Part shown: positions 26,619 to 38,050 of the stretch, piece by piece | Layout: each line of letters starts with the position of its first letter | How positions within the stretch are numbered: position 1 is the stretch's first letter | NCBI GenBank assembly: GCA_002269645.1 | Contig: NIVC01004403.1 | Location: 1-47,020 of the forward strand | Source of the DNA: Macrostomum lignano | Taxonomy: Eukaryota | Reading direction: 5' to 3' | DNA: 47,020 nucleotides | Position numbers and translations under genes: made by a program | Notes under the pieces: generated by a model | The model's database searches: none | Seen by the model: the letters and a program-made list of their open reading frames with translations, nothing else | Told to the model about the DNA's origin: nothing

Positions 26619-29600
26619 ATGAGTGAAGTAGCAGAAGGCACAGATCCAGGTGGCAGTGGAAGTGGCAGCGACAGAGGCGGTGGTGGTAGCAATCCATCCA
26701 GCACATCCGCCGAGTCACAGACGTGCGAAGTTTGCAACGAATTTGCCACAAACCCGAGCCCCTTCAGCGGTAGACAACTGTGCTTTAATCATGTGCTGGA
26801 AGAGCTGAATACAGCCAGAGAGATGAACATCAGTGCTGTTGATCTTATTCAGCCATATATGGAAAGTGCCGGAGCTATGAAAGTGTTAATGAAGCAAGAG
26901 GAACAGAAATTGCTTAAGTGAGTTGTTTGGCTACCCACTTTACCCGTTTATTGGGTAGGTAGCTACGCTATCTACCTGTTCATTTTGTACGTAGCTATTT
27001 ACCCATTCAATAAGTAAATAGCTACCTTTATTTACCAGTTCATGGGGTAGATATCTACCCCATACCCTATCTACCAGTTCGTTAGGTACATAGCTACCCA
27101 ATCTACTAATTAATTAAATAGTGTCCAAGAGCCGTCCCCACCCAACCCAAGTGTAAATTTCAAGTTAACTTAATGGAAAATTAACACATCTGCTTTGCAT
27201 CGCATTGCAGACAAAAGGAGAACGTCAACAAGGTGTTCGACGCGATGCAAGCTTCCATCAATGAATGGGGCCGGCGCTCCATTCAGTCCCTGACCGCCTG
27301 CAGTAATAGATTAAAATTTATCGAAGAGACAAGACAGCTCGCGGATCAGAAAGATCTGGAGCTGGCCGAGGCCAAGCAGCAGGGCGATAAGAATCGAATT
27401 GTTGAGTTAATCAATGAGATTAACTCGCTTAGAGTGCAGCAGATGGTGAGCAATTAGAGATTCTTTGTTGAAAAAAACTTTGATAAAAATAAAGTTGCTA
27501 AGGTTGTCAGGATGTCAGGGTGCTAAGGGTGTTAGGATTTCAGGATGTTAAAGAATGTCAGGATGCTAAAGAATGTCAGGATGCTAAAGAATGTCAGGAT
27601 GATAAAGAATGTCAGGATGCTGAAGAATGTCAGGATGCTAAAGAATGTCAGGATGCTAAAGAATGTCAGGATGCTGAAGAATATCAGGATGCTAAAGAAT
27701 GTCAGGATGCTGAAGAATATCAGGATGTTAAATAATGTCAGGGTGCTAAAGAATGTCAGGATGCTAAAAAATGTCAGGATGCTAAAGAATGTCAGGATGC
27801 TTAAGAATGTCAGGATGCTAAATATAGAACGTCAGGATGTTAAAGAATGTCAGGATGCTAAAGAATGTCAGGGTGCTAAAGAATGTCAGGATGCTTAAGA
27901 ATGTCAGGATGCTAAAGAATGTCATCAGGATGCTAAATATAGAAAGTCAGAATGTTAAAGAATGTCAGGATGTTAGAGAATTTTAGGATGCTAAATATAG
28001 AAAGCCAGGATACTACAGAATGTCAGGATGCTGCAGAATGTCAGGATGCTAAAGAATGTCAGGATGCTAAAGAATGTCAGGATGCTAAAGAATGTCAGGA
28101 TGCTTAAGAATGTCAGGGTGCTAAAGAATGTCAGGATGCTAAAGAATGTCAGGATGCTAAAGAATGTCAGGATGCTGAAGAATATCAGGATGTTAAAGAA
28201 TGTCAGGATGCTAAAGAATGTCAGGATGCTAAAGAATGTCATCAGGATGCTAAATATAGAAAGTCAGAATGTTAAAGAATGTCAGGATGTTAAAGAATTT
28301 TAGGATGCTAAATATAGAAAGCCAGGATACTACAGAATGTCAGGATGCTGCAGAATGTCAGGATGCTAAAGAATGTCAGGATGCTAAAGAATGTCAGGAT
28401 GCTAAAGAATGTCAGGATGCTTAAGAATGTCAGGGTGCTAAAGAATGTCAGGATGCTAAAGAATGTCAGGATGCTAAAGAATGTCAGGATGCTGAAGAAT
28501 ATCAGGATGTTAAAGAATGTCAGGATGCTAAAGAATGTCAGGATGCTAAAGAATGTCAGGATGCCCAAAGAATGTCAGGATGCTAAATAATGTCAGGATG
28601 CCAAGAGTGTCGGATGCCCAAAGAATGTCGGGATGTCCTAAGAATGTCAGGATATCCAAAATATGTCGGGATGTCCAAAGAATGTCAGGATGCCCGAAGA
28701 ATGTCAGGATACTAAATGATGTCAGAATGTATCACCCGTTGTCAGGCGCAGACCGCCATAGCTGAGCAAGAGTACGCCAACGGACCTTCCAGCGACGAAG
28801 CGGTGCAGCGGCAGCTCGGCCAACTGACGCGAGCCAGCGCTCTGCTGTCCAGCCAGCTGAAAAAGATGGGCATTGCCGGAGCCAATGCTGTGAGTTTTCA
28901 GCTTATCTGTTTGTTTCACTGATAAATCGGCATTGAAACTTCTGTCTTCTGTTGTTTACGAGCTAATTTGGGCCCAAATGAAGGTCATAAAACTATGGTG
29001 GGCCACGGGATTGAGTGCAATTAAGAAAAGGAGGGGGTGGAGTGCGCGAATAAGGAGAGGCGAGATTGAAGAGCCAATCAGAGGGCAGCGAGGGAGAGAG
29101 ATAAGAATAGCAAGACTGAACTGGACAGAGAGGGAGAGATAACAGAATAAACAGAAACGAGTGCAAATGAACTGAAGAAATTAATAAAAAAGTCGCGACA
29201 ACTCCTTTCGAATTGTGTGAAGTCCTTTTTGGAATTGTGTGAACTCCTTAGGGATTTCTGTGATCTCATTAGGGATTTGTGTGAAATCCTTACGAATTTT
29301 GTCAACTACCTGAAGAATTGTGTGAACTCCTTTCAAAATTGTGTGAACTCCTTAGGCATTTGTGTGACTCTAGGGCTTTGTGTGAACTCCTTAGGGATTT
29401 GTGTGAACTCCTTAAGGATTTGTGTGAACTCCTTAGGGATTTGTGTGAACTCCTTAGGGATTTGTGTGAACTCCTTAGGGATTTGTGTGAACTCCTTAGT
29501 GATTTGTTTGAACTTCAGAATTTGTGTGGACTACTTAAGGATTTGTGTAAACTCCTTTAGGATTTGTGTGAACTACTTGTTGAATTGTGTGAACTCATTA

Positions 29601-31229
29601 ACAGTGTGTGTGAACCCATCCACCCTCCAACTGCACAGAGCGCAGCCCGAACCATGTTCCCGAAGTGTCACACTATTCAATTCGACGATCGGGTTGAATG
29701 GGTCGCCGCCTGCCCGGATAGCAGCGGTTTCTATGGCAACAGCGATAGCCGCGTTGTATCAATCGCCGACCTGACTAGCTCCGGTATTGACGATCCCGAA
29801 GCTGCCGGGTGTACACCACTGCCGGAGCCGTGTCTGGTTGCCAGAGTCCGGGGTTGCAGCTATCTCAGTGTGCTGTCCACAGACGGTGCAGTCAGACTGA
29901 GCAGTCACTGCCAATCAAATCAATGGCAGGAGGCCGTCTGCGGACTCCACTGCGACCGGCAGCTGCTGTTTGTTGGCCAAAAGTCCAGCGTGACAGTCAC
30001 GGACTTGAGCGGCCGACTGATTCGAGTGATACCGGCTCCCGACGATGGCTTTGCTATTCGAGGTATTGGCGGCAACTCTCACGGCAGTTTGTACCTGTCT
30101 AGCGGTAATAAGATTGCCGTGATGGCCAAAGCAACTGGGCAACTGCAGACTATGATTACCTTGGATGAGGTGAGTTCCCAACCCAAGGGTGGGATTTCTG
30201 TCTCTGTCAGTTGAGATTCTGATGAGGTTGAAAGTCTGATGAGGGTGAGATTTTGATCAGGGTGGGATTCTGATCACGGTGAGATTCTGATGAGGCTGAG
30301 ATTCTGGTTAAGGTGAGTTTATGATTAGGGTGAGATTCTTATCGGGGTGAGTTTATGATTAGGGTGAGATTCTTATCGGGGTGAGATTATGATTAGGGTG
30401 AGATTCTTATCGGGGTGAGATTCTGATTAGGGTGAGATTCTTATCGGGGTGAGATTCTGATTAGGGTGAGATTCTTATCGGGGTGAGATTATGATTAGGG
30501 TGAGATTCTTTTATCGGGGTGAGATTCTGATTAAGATGAGTTTCTGATTAAGATGAGATTCTGATTAGGGTGAGATTCTGATTAGGTTGGGATTCTGATT
30601 GGGGCAAGATTCTGATGAGGATGATTTTTCTGTGAGATTATGAATCTGCTCACGGTGAGATTTCTCTGCCATTCTCAGGTGAGATTCTGATGGATGGAGA
30701 ATATAATCTCACTGAAAGTTGCTGAGCATTTCGCCACAAGGATGAGATCCATATATTCCATATAATTATTTCTAACCGGCAGATACCGGATGCCGAGCTT
30801 CGTAGTGTCGCTTTCCACCAGGACTGCCTGCTCGCCGCAGACATGCGGCACGGCAAAGTGTACCGCCTGCTGGCTGACAGCCCCCACACTGTGCTGGTCG
30901 CTCACCCAACCAAGCGCACTGGCTTGGACAATTTCCACCGGCCTCTCGATGCAGCAGTTGACAGTCGCAATCGGTTGTACATCAGCGAGAGCGGTCGGGA
31001 CGCTATTCGGGTTGTGTCAGCCGGAACCGACGGCGCTTCGCTGTGCTCAATCGAGTCGGAACCGGCTCCGAGGGGAGGCACTGAGGATCGACCAGTGGCC
31101 GGTTTCCCCTGCGGCTTGGCCATTGTGCCGGCTGTTCCAGGCGGCGCTAGGCTGTCTAGCAACAGAAAAGAACTGCTAGTTGTGGCTGATCTGTTCAAGA
31201 AGCAACTTGTTGTGTATAAAATTAGATAG
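26619..31229 (+). CDS. TRIM-NHL-like protein: degenerate B-box + coiled coil + NHL beta-propeller, no RING, ~551 aa
   Basis: Exons 26619-26917, 27211-27445, 28746-28889, 29639-30169 and 30783-31229, frame-consistent, with GTGAG donors. Contains CEVCNEF...RQLCFNH (B-box-like), a helical middle region and NHL-type blades (FHRPLDAAVDSRNRLYISESGRDAIRVV; FPCGLAIV...LVVAD). Confidence 0.8.
27500..28720. repeat. 18-bp minisatellite (GATGCTAAAGAATGTCAG) with 317-bp higher-order duplication
   Basis: Fills intron 27446-28745. Identical variant runs are offset by 317 bp (27991/28308). Confidence 0.97.
29200..29615. repeat. 21-bp minisatellite (TGTGTGAACTCCTTAGGGATT)
   Basis: 3' half of intron 28890-29638. 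Confidence 0.92.
30210..30720. repeat. 17-bp (34-bp dimer) minisatellite (GATTAGGGTGAGATTCT)
   Basis: Fills intron 30170-30782. Confidence 0.92.
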
Positions 31230-31294
31230 ATTTTCTTGCTGATGATGTGCATACAGTTACATTTACCTGTGTCACATGACTGAAGCTCAGCTGT

Positions 31295-31545
31295 TATTGG
31301 GTCAGCGGGTCAGCTAAATGTACAAATTTGGTCAGTTTGTGGGTCAGCTAGAAATTGGGTCAGTATGTGGGTCAGCTAGAATTTGGTCAGTTTGTGGGTT
31401 AGTATGTGGGTCAGCTAGAAATTGGGTCAGTGTGTGGGTCAGCTAGATCTTAGGTCACTGTGTGGGTCAGCTAGAAATTGGGTCAGGGTGTGAGTCAGCT
31501 ATATTAGGTCAGTAGTTCAGCTTTATTAGGCCTGTGTGTCAGCTA
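31295..31545. repeat. 28-bp minisatellite (GGGTCAGCTAGAAATTGGGTCAGTATGT)
   Basis: Immediately downstream of the NHL gene stop codon. Confidence 0.85.
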
Positions 31546-32133
31546 GAAAAGTGTATGGGGGTTGAACCATAGACAAAACTAAGCTGAGTCATGGACAACG
31601 AAATCACGTGCTTTTCTTACTACATATACATGTAATTATACATCCGTCGTGTAATAATTATTCGAGCACGTGGAACCATGACGAGAAGAGCACACTTTAG
31701 CTCGTTTCTTTTTCACAATAACACTTGAACATGGCGTGTTGCACTGGTAATAACATTACTGTAGCTGTGGTAAGTCTTCCTTGCTGGATTTTTAAAGCAA
31801 ACACTACCCAACAACATATTGATAGAATGATAGCTAGAAGTGGCAAATTATTAAATTAAATTTGTGGCATGCTCCGCTAAAACATGTTTTTTGTACTGCA
31901 TGTTACTGTTAAATAAACACTGATATTTATTAACTATGTAAACTGTCTAAATATCTTCTTATTGCTGATTCAGGAATGAATATACATTTATGAAATCACT
32001 ATTTCCATTTTTCTAAGTAAAGCTATAAGTAAAGAATTTCAGAAAAAGAATTCTGCTTTTATGTTTTTACATAAAAAACAAAAACTGAATGGCTTCATGT
32101 TTCACATTCTCTTTTCTTTACGCTAGTAAAGAA

Positions 32134-33290
32134 ATTCTGATCACGGTGAGATTCTGATGAGGCTGAGATTCTGGTTAAGGTGAGTTTATGATTAGGGTGA
32201 GATTCATAAATTCCACTATTCCAAAGCTAGTGGAAGATTCTAGATGGAGAATCGGGAGATTCTGCTGGGTGGAGAATAGGGGATTATGGATCGAGAATGG
32301 GGAGATTCTGGATGGAGAATCGAGAGATTCTGAATGGCTGAATGGAGAATGGGGAGATTCTGAATGGAGAATTGGGAGATTCTGGGTGGAGAATAGGGGA
32401 TTATGGATCGAGAATGGGGAGCTTCCGGATGTATAATAGGGGGATTCTGGATGGAGAATGGGGAGATTCTGAATGGCTGAATGAATGGGGAGATTCTGGA
32501 TGGAGAATTGGGAGATTCTGGGTCGAGAATAGGGGATTATGGATCGAGAATGGGGAGATTCTGGATGTATAATAGGGGGATTCTGGATGAAGAATGGGGG
32601 AGATTCTGGATGAAGAATGGGGAGATTCTGAATGGCTGAATGGAGAATGGGGAGATTCTGGATGAAGAATAGGGAAGATTCTGGATGAAGAATGGAGAGA
32701 TTCTGGGTGGAAAATCGAGAGATTCTGGACTGGATGGTTGAATGGAGAATGGGGAGATTCTGAATGGCTGGATGGAGAATGGGGAGATTCTGAATGGCTG
32801 GATGGAGAATGGGGAGATTCTGAATGGCTGGATGGAGAATGGGGAGATTCTGGATGAAGAATAGGGAAGATTCTGGATGAAGAATGGAGAGATTCTGGGT
32901 GGAAAATCGAGAGATTCTGGACTGGATGATTGAATGGAGAATGGGGAGATTCTGAATGGCTGGATGGAGAATGGGGAGATTCTGAATGGCTGGATGGAGA
33001 ATGGGGAGATTCTGAATGGCTGGATGGAGAATGGGGAGATTCTGAATGGCTGGATGGAGAATGGGGAGATTCTGAATGGCTGGATGGAGAATGGGGAGAT
33101 TCTGAATGGCTGGATGGAGAATGGGGAGATTCTGGATGAAGAATAGGGAAGATTCTGGATGAAGAATGGAGAGATTCTGGGTGGAAAATCGAGAGTTTCT
33201 GGACTGGATGGTTGAATGGAGAATGGGGAGATTCTGAATGGCTGGATGGAGAATGGAGAGATTCTGAATGGAGAATAGTAGAACTGAGGT
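32134..33290. repeat. Complex GGAGATTCTG-core minisatellite (30-bp unit plus recurring larger blocks)
   Basis: Unit GGAGATTCTGAATGGCTGGATGGAGAATGG. A recurring block appears near 32660, 32850 and 33135. Begins with a 72-bp copy of 30267-30338. Confidence 0.93.
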
Positions 33291-33782
33291 TCAAAAAACA
33301 AAAGAATAAACATAAGTCCAGATCAAAATACAGACTGAATGACTAAGCGACCAGTGGCCAGCTAAAAACCAGAACTTCTATGAAATATTAGTTTCTCTCG
33401 AACTTGGAGTCGAGATTAACATTATAATGATTTATTGTATTTTATAACTTTATTTGCTAAGTTTTTAAAATTACATCTACCGTCAATCTACATTACGCGG
33501 TGTTCTTAGGAAGAAAAACGGCTGTTATACTTGCGGGGAGCTACTACTTACTAAGTAATACCATGGTATATTTCACATCGACTGCAGAATAAGTGGATAA
33601 GTAGTTTAGTTAATTTTTCTTATGTTTTGGGGACTTCTATACTTGTACGCTAATGTACTATTATTTTTTTATTATCTAAACACAACAAAGGTCACAAATT
33701 TGTAAGCTGAAAGGGCGACTTAAAGCAATCCAAAAAGTGTATTTTTAATGTAAAAGTCGACTGCAGAATATTATGTTTATCT

Positions 33783-34328
33783 TTATTTCTTCGAAGCAGC
33801 CGGTTGAGGAGCCAGTCTGACCGAAGCCAGCAGCAGAGTGAAGGCAACGGCCAATGCGATGACAACCACTCCAGTCTGTTTAGTAACAGCCAGATCAAAT
33901 CCGTAGCCAAGATCGTAGCACAGATGCCTGATGCCGTTGATCATGTGGTACACTGGCAGGAAGCAGACAACGGATTTAACCCCGAACACAACTGGATATC
34001 CCAGCTGGCTGCCCCGGGCCCAGTCTACCACTCTGGACCAGTTGCCGGCTGCATAGAAACCGGCAACGCCCAGCACTGGCCAGGCCAGGCCCATGGCTAT
34101 GCCAGACACGCGATGAATTAGCGAGGTTATCATGGTGATGCTATTGCCATAGATAGTGAGATGCGGACTCCATGGGCGTTTCAGCTTGCGATTCTTCTCC
34201 CAGAAGTGCTCCATTTCGCGTTTGGCTACCATGCGGATTTCGTTAGTAGATTGGCTGCATAGGCGGCGAGATCCGCCTAGCAACAGCCTAGTTACCAACA
34301 TTGGTTGGCAGACACGCAGAGTGGCCAT
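33783..34328 (-). CDS. SDHC: Succinate dehydrogenase cytochrome b560 subunit, intronless CDS, 181 aa
   Basis: Single ORF with a mitochondrial-presequence-like N-terminus (MATLRVCQPMLVTRLLLGGSRRLCS). Motifs EMEHFWEKN, RPWSPHLTIY, SLIHRVSG and YHMINGIRHLCYDLG match the SDHC family. Confidence 0.95.
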   Translation of the reverse strand: MATLRVCQPMLVTRLLLGGSRRLCSQSTNEIRMVAKREMEHFWEKNRKLKRPWSPHLTIYGNSITMITSLIHRVSGIAMGLAWPVLGVAGFYAAGNWSRVVDWARGSQLGYPVVFGVKSVVCFLPVYHMINGIRHLCYDLGYGFDLAVTKQTGVVVIALAVAFTLLLASVRLAPQPAASKK

Positions 34329-36519
34329 TGCATGCAATTGATACATTAGGCAGATTGACGGATTCACCAAGTGCTATCTCATTTACTGATATTGGCTATT
34401 CAATAACTAAGACTAAGACTTAAAATACTTGAAAGGCCATTGGAGCCCTTGATTTCATTGGCAGGGTGTAGAACAACAGAAATAAATGAATGAATACAAC
34501 CAAAAAAATGAAATTCACTTTAAAGCAGAGACTGGCAAACTTTTTTTAACTAAAAAGGCCAGATAAAAAATCAAATGCATGACTGTGGGTCGAAGAGAAA
34601 AATGAAGGAAAGAGAAGAGATAAGTGGAGGGAGGAAAAGAGAACAAGAGGAGGAGAAAGGAGGAAGAGAGAGTAGGAAAATAGAACAGAAAAGAGAGAAG
34701 AGGGAAAAAAGTGAGAGAAGTGATGCAAGATAAGAGATAAGAAAAAAAAGAAAAAAAATAATTTAAGGGAGAAGATTTACACACACTGAGCAAGCTATAT
34801 TATTATTATAAAGCATCAAAAGATCCAGGGGCTATATAAAGAGGCTTTGCAGTCTATATATAGCCCATGGTATAGACCATTGATAATAAATCAATGGTGC
34901 TAAATAATTAATTAAGGAGGAATTTAACATAATTTATGCTTAAATTAAGAAATGCCTTTGTTTTAATGCTAGGTCTACTAATATATCCAAAGGCTATAAT
35001 TAAAGCTAAGCTTATCCTAAAATACAAATGAAGTGTCTAGTACCAACTTGTTCTACACCTAAATTTAAAATACCAAAAAGACATCTATTGATAGATACTT
35101 ATATTGATATAAAAATACAGATTTTCAAACACTGCCCTATTTTATGAAAAAAAATTACAATTAGGGTATCTATTTTAGGTTTATACATGGAAATGCATAA
35201 CTGCTTACCAATTTAGTTTATGAAAAAAATTGCAAATTGATAAAATTAAATAATGTAATTTTAAAAGGTTATACATATATTAGGTTTTATATTTTTAGGC
35301 CTTGTTTAACAAAAAAGGCTAGCAAAATTTATTTGGGAAGAAGCTAGCTAAATGATCCAGCTATTTTTTAGATTTTAATTGGTTTGAAAATAAAAAAATA
35401 TAAATTTATTTATTGTTTCTCTTTGTAATAAGCTATATAAATTGATTAAATTCTGTATACCTTGATACATTTATAATTTCTAAGTAACCTAATCACTTCT
35501 AGCATATGGATATAAATTGTGGCAAACCAAGGCAAAGATAAATTGCAAAATTGATAGCCAAAAAACAAGTTATAAAAAAGTTATACAAAGAATCAGATTA
35601 GCCCTAGGTAAGTCATAAAACAAAAAATATACTCTCAGTCAAAATTAAGCTTTGGCTACTATGGTATTAGGTAGCAAGTTCAGATTTCAGGTCTAATTTC
35701 AGAGGCTGCATTTGTACACATAGGCTAAGCTAAGCAAATGCATTAGTATAGTGTGGGTTATACTAACAATGAGTCTAGGATCTACTAGACTCTAGCTTAG
35801 GCCTCCTCTAGCATCAATACAAACATATAAATAAAAAATACAAATGTTTCCTTCAATAAAGCTGTTATCCTTTATATATTTATAATATACTTGCAAAAAA
35901 GTTAAACAACATATTTGCAACTTTAAACTAGATAAAAATTCTTATTAAATTTTTAAAGTACTAAAATTTGTATAACTTAAATATGATTTATTGTGCTTCT
36001 ACAAACTATAGTTGCATGACACAGCCTATTTCTAGGTTTAGAAATAAGGGCCTACCTAGTAAATTATAGAATTTAAATAGAATAACACAGTTAAATTCAG
36101 AATCTATAAAGGAATGATAAATTGCAGAATGAACTACAGATTCTACTAACTTGAAGTAAAACCCAAAGTATAAGAATCAAAAAATTTGAATCTTGAATAT
36201 ATATAGCTATGCCTATGGTAATATAATGTAACCATATAAAAAAGATATAAAAAATATAATATGATTCTATTTAAAGGCAAACTAAATTAGAGTCTAGAAA
36301 TAATAGTACGCAATATCTATTAGGCCTGCTTAAAGTAGTAAATATAGGTTTTCTTATGAATAATAGGCAAATAGGTATTAAAAATAAAAAAACATACAGG
36401 CACATTTCCTATCTTACATAAACATTAACCAATAACCTACTTGCAAAGGACAAGTCCTTTTTGTATACTCTTACATATAACTCAAAGCTTACTAACTTGT
36501 CTGTCACTTTCTTGTTCTT

Positions 36520-36944
36520 TCACTTTACTTGCAAGGCAAGCATCTTTTGCTGGTATTTTTCTAGTAGGGCATTTGCCTTCTCCATTTTGGCATCAAGCAG
36601 CTGCTGCTTATCCTTATGCAGCAGCATCTTATCTACCAGCCTTTCTTCCTTCTCTGATCTAGCACTACTAGCAGCTTCTTGTGCTAGGCACGCCTCACAA
36701 AGCTCTTTTTCTTTCTGCATGTGCTGCTGTTGAACAGGCAGGTTTTGTCTGGCATTAAAGCCCTTGGCGATGTACTTTGGGCCAAACTTGAACATTTTGC
36801 AAGTAAGACAGCCTTCAGAAAACCATTGATCAACATCAACAGGCATGTGTTGACTGTGAAGGAATCCAAGGAGTTGCATTTTCTACGAGGGGTGTCCAAA
36901 AAATAGCTTGATACTTTCAACTGTAGCTCTCGTTCTATAGCTTC
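36520..36944 (-). pseudogene. Orphan exon-like coding segment (coiled-coil C-terminus, two CxxC), possibly frameshifted
   Basis: Acceptor AAATCACAG at 36945 opens EAIERELQLKVSSYFLDTPRRK. The 119-aa ORF 36879-36520 lies in the adjacent frame. No family recognised. Confidence 0.3.
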
Positions 36945-38050
36945 CTGTGATTTAAAATTTTATGAACTAATAGCGGCAAATCTCTTCTACAGACTGCTTT
37001 TTTAATTTTTAAAATTGATACCAGAGAACAAAAGTTATTAAAAGTCTTTAGCAAGTCTTTAGCAAAGTCTTTAGCAAACTTCAATGTTTTAGCCAACTTA
37101 GTTGGAAAATCAAAGGAAGTCTCTGAAATTGTTGCAGGATTGAGAAACTAGGCCTATCTTAGGATGGTATTGGCCAGAGGAAGATGCAATAGCAGGTATA
37201 CAACAAGTTAAAAAATAAGAACATGCAAGAAAAAACACATGAAAACACAGACACGTAGAAACCATTCCACTATATATTCCACAATTTAGTATTTACTATA
37301 TTGTTCCATTCTAATTCTACTATAGATTCTAGTATTGGCTAGAGTTCTAGCACTCAAACCTATTTTCTAATGGCTATAGATCTAGCAGTCTTCTGTAGGT
37401 AGTGTAGAAGTCTTGCAATGATTTAGTGAGATATGATTTTGCAAACTACTGTAGATTCACTAGTTAGGCTAGGCCTAAGCTAAAGAACAAAAAAGTATTG
37501 AAATAATTTAATGCAATAAACTAGGATTAGGCCAGCCCTATGCCAATTGTTGTAATATGACAAATTTATAGGCCTACATTTAATTACATTTATACATGTG
37601 GCATAACTATAGTTTTGTTTGTCAAATTATTTTTTTCATTTTAAATAAACTGTTTATATGTAATTAAAATGATTATTAACAATCAAAATTAACAAATTTT
37701 ATTGTCAAATTATGTCCTACAAAAACTCATTGAAGTATTTAATAGTTTAAATTATCATTAAAGCCAATTAGTGGGTAGTAATGGGTTAGGCCCTACCTAG
37801 TAGAGAAAGTGACCAAATGTGTTAACAGGGTACTGACATTGCCACAGGCAGCTATGGCTAGAGTTCCAGCACCGGAACCCATTTTCTAACGGCTATGGAT
37901 CCAGCAGTGCCATTAAAATATAGATGGAAATTGGAACATTATATTTTTCTTTTTACAAGTGGCTGATATTGAGATTTTGTTCTAGATTAAGATTCAAGAC
38001 AATATGATAAGATTTGAGACGAGATGCTTCTTATGTTCAGACTTCTTAAG

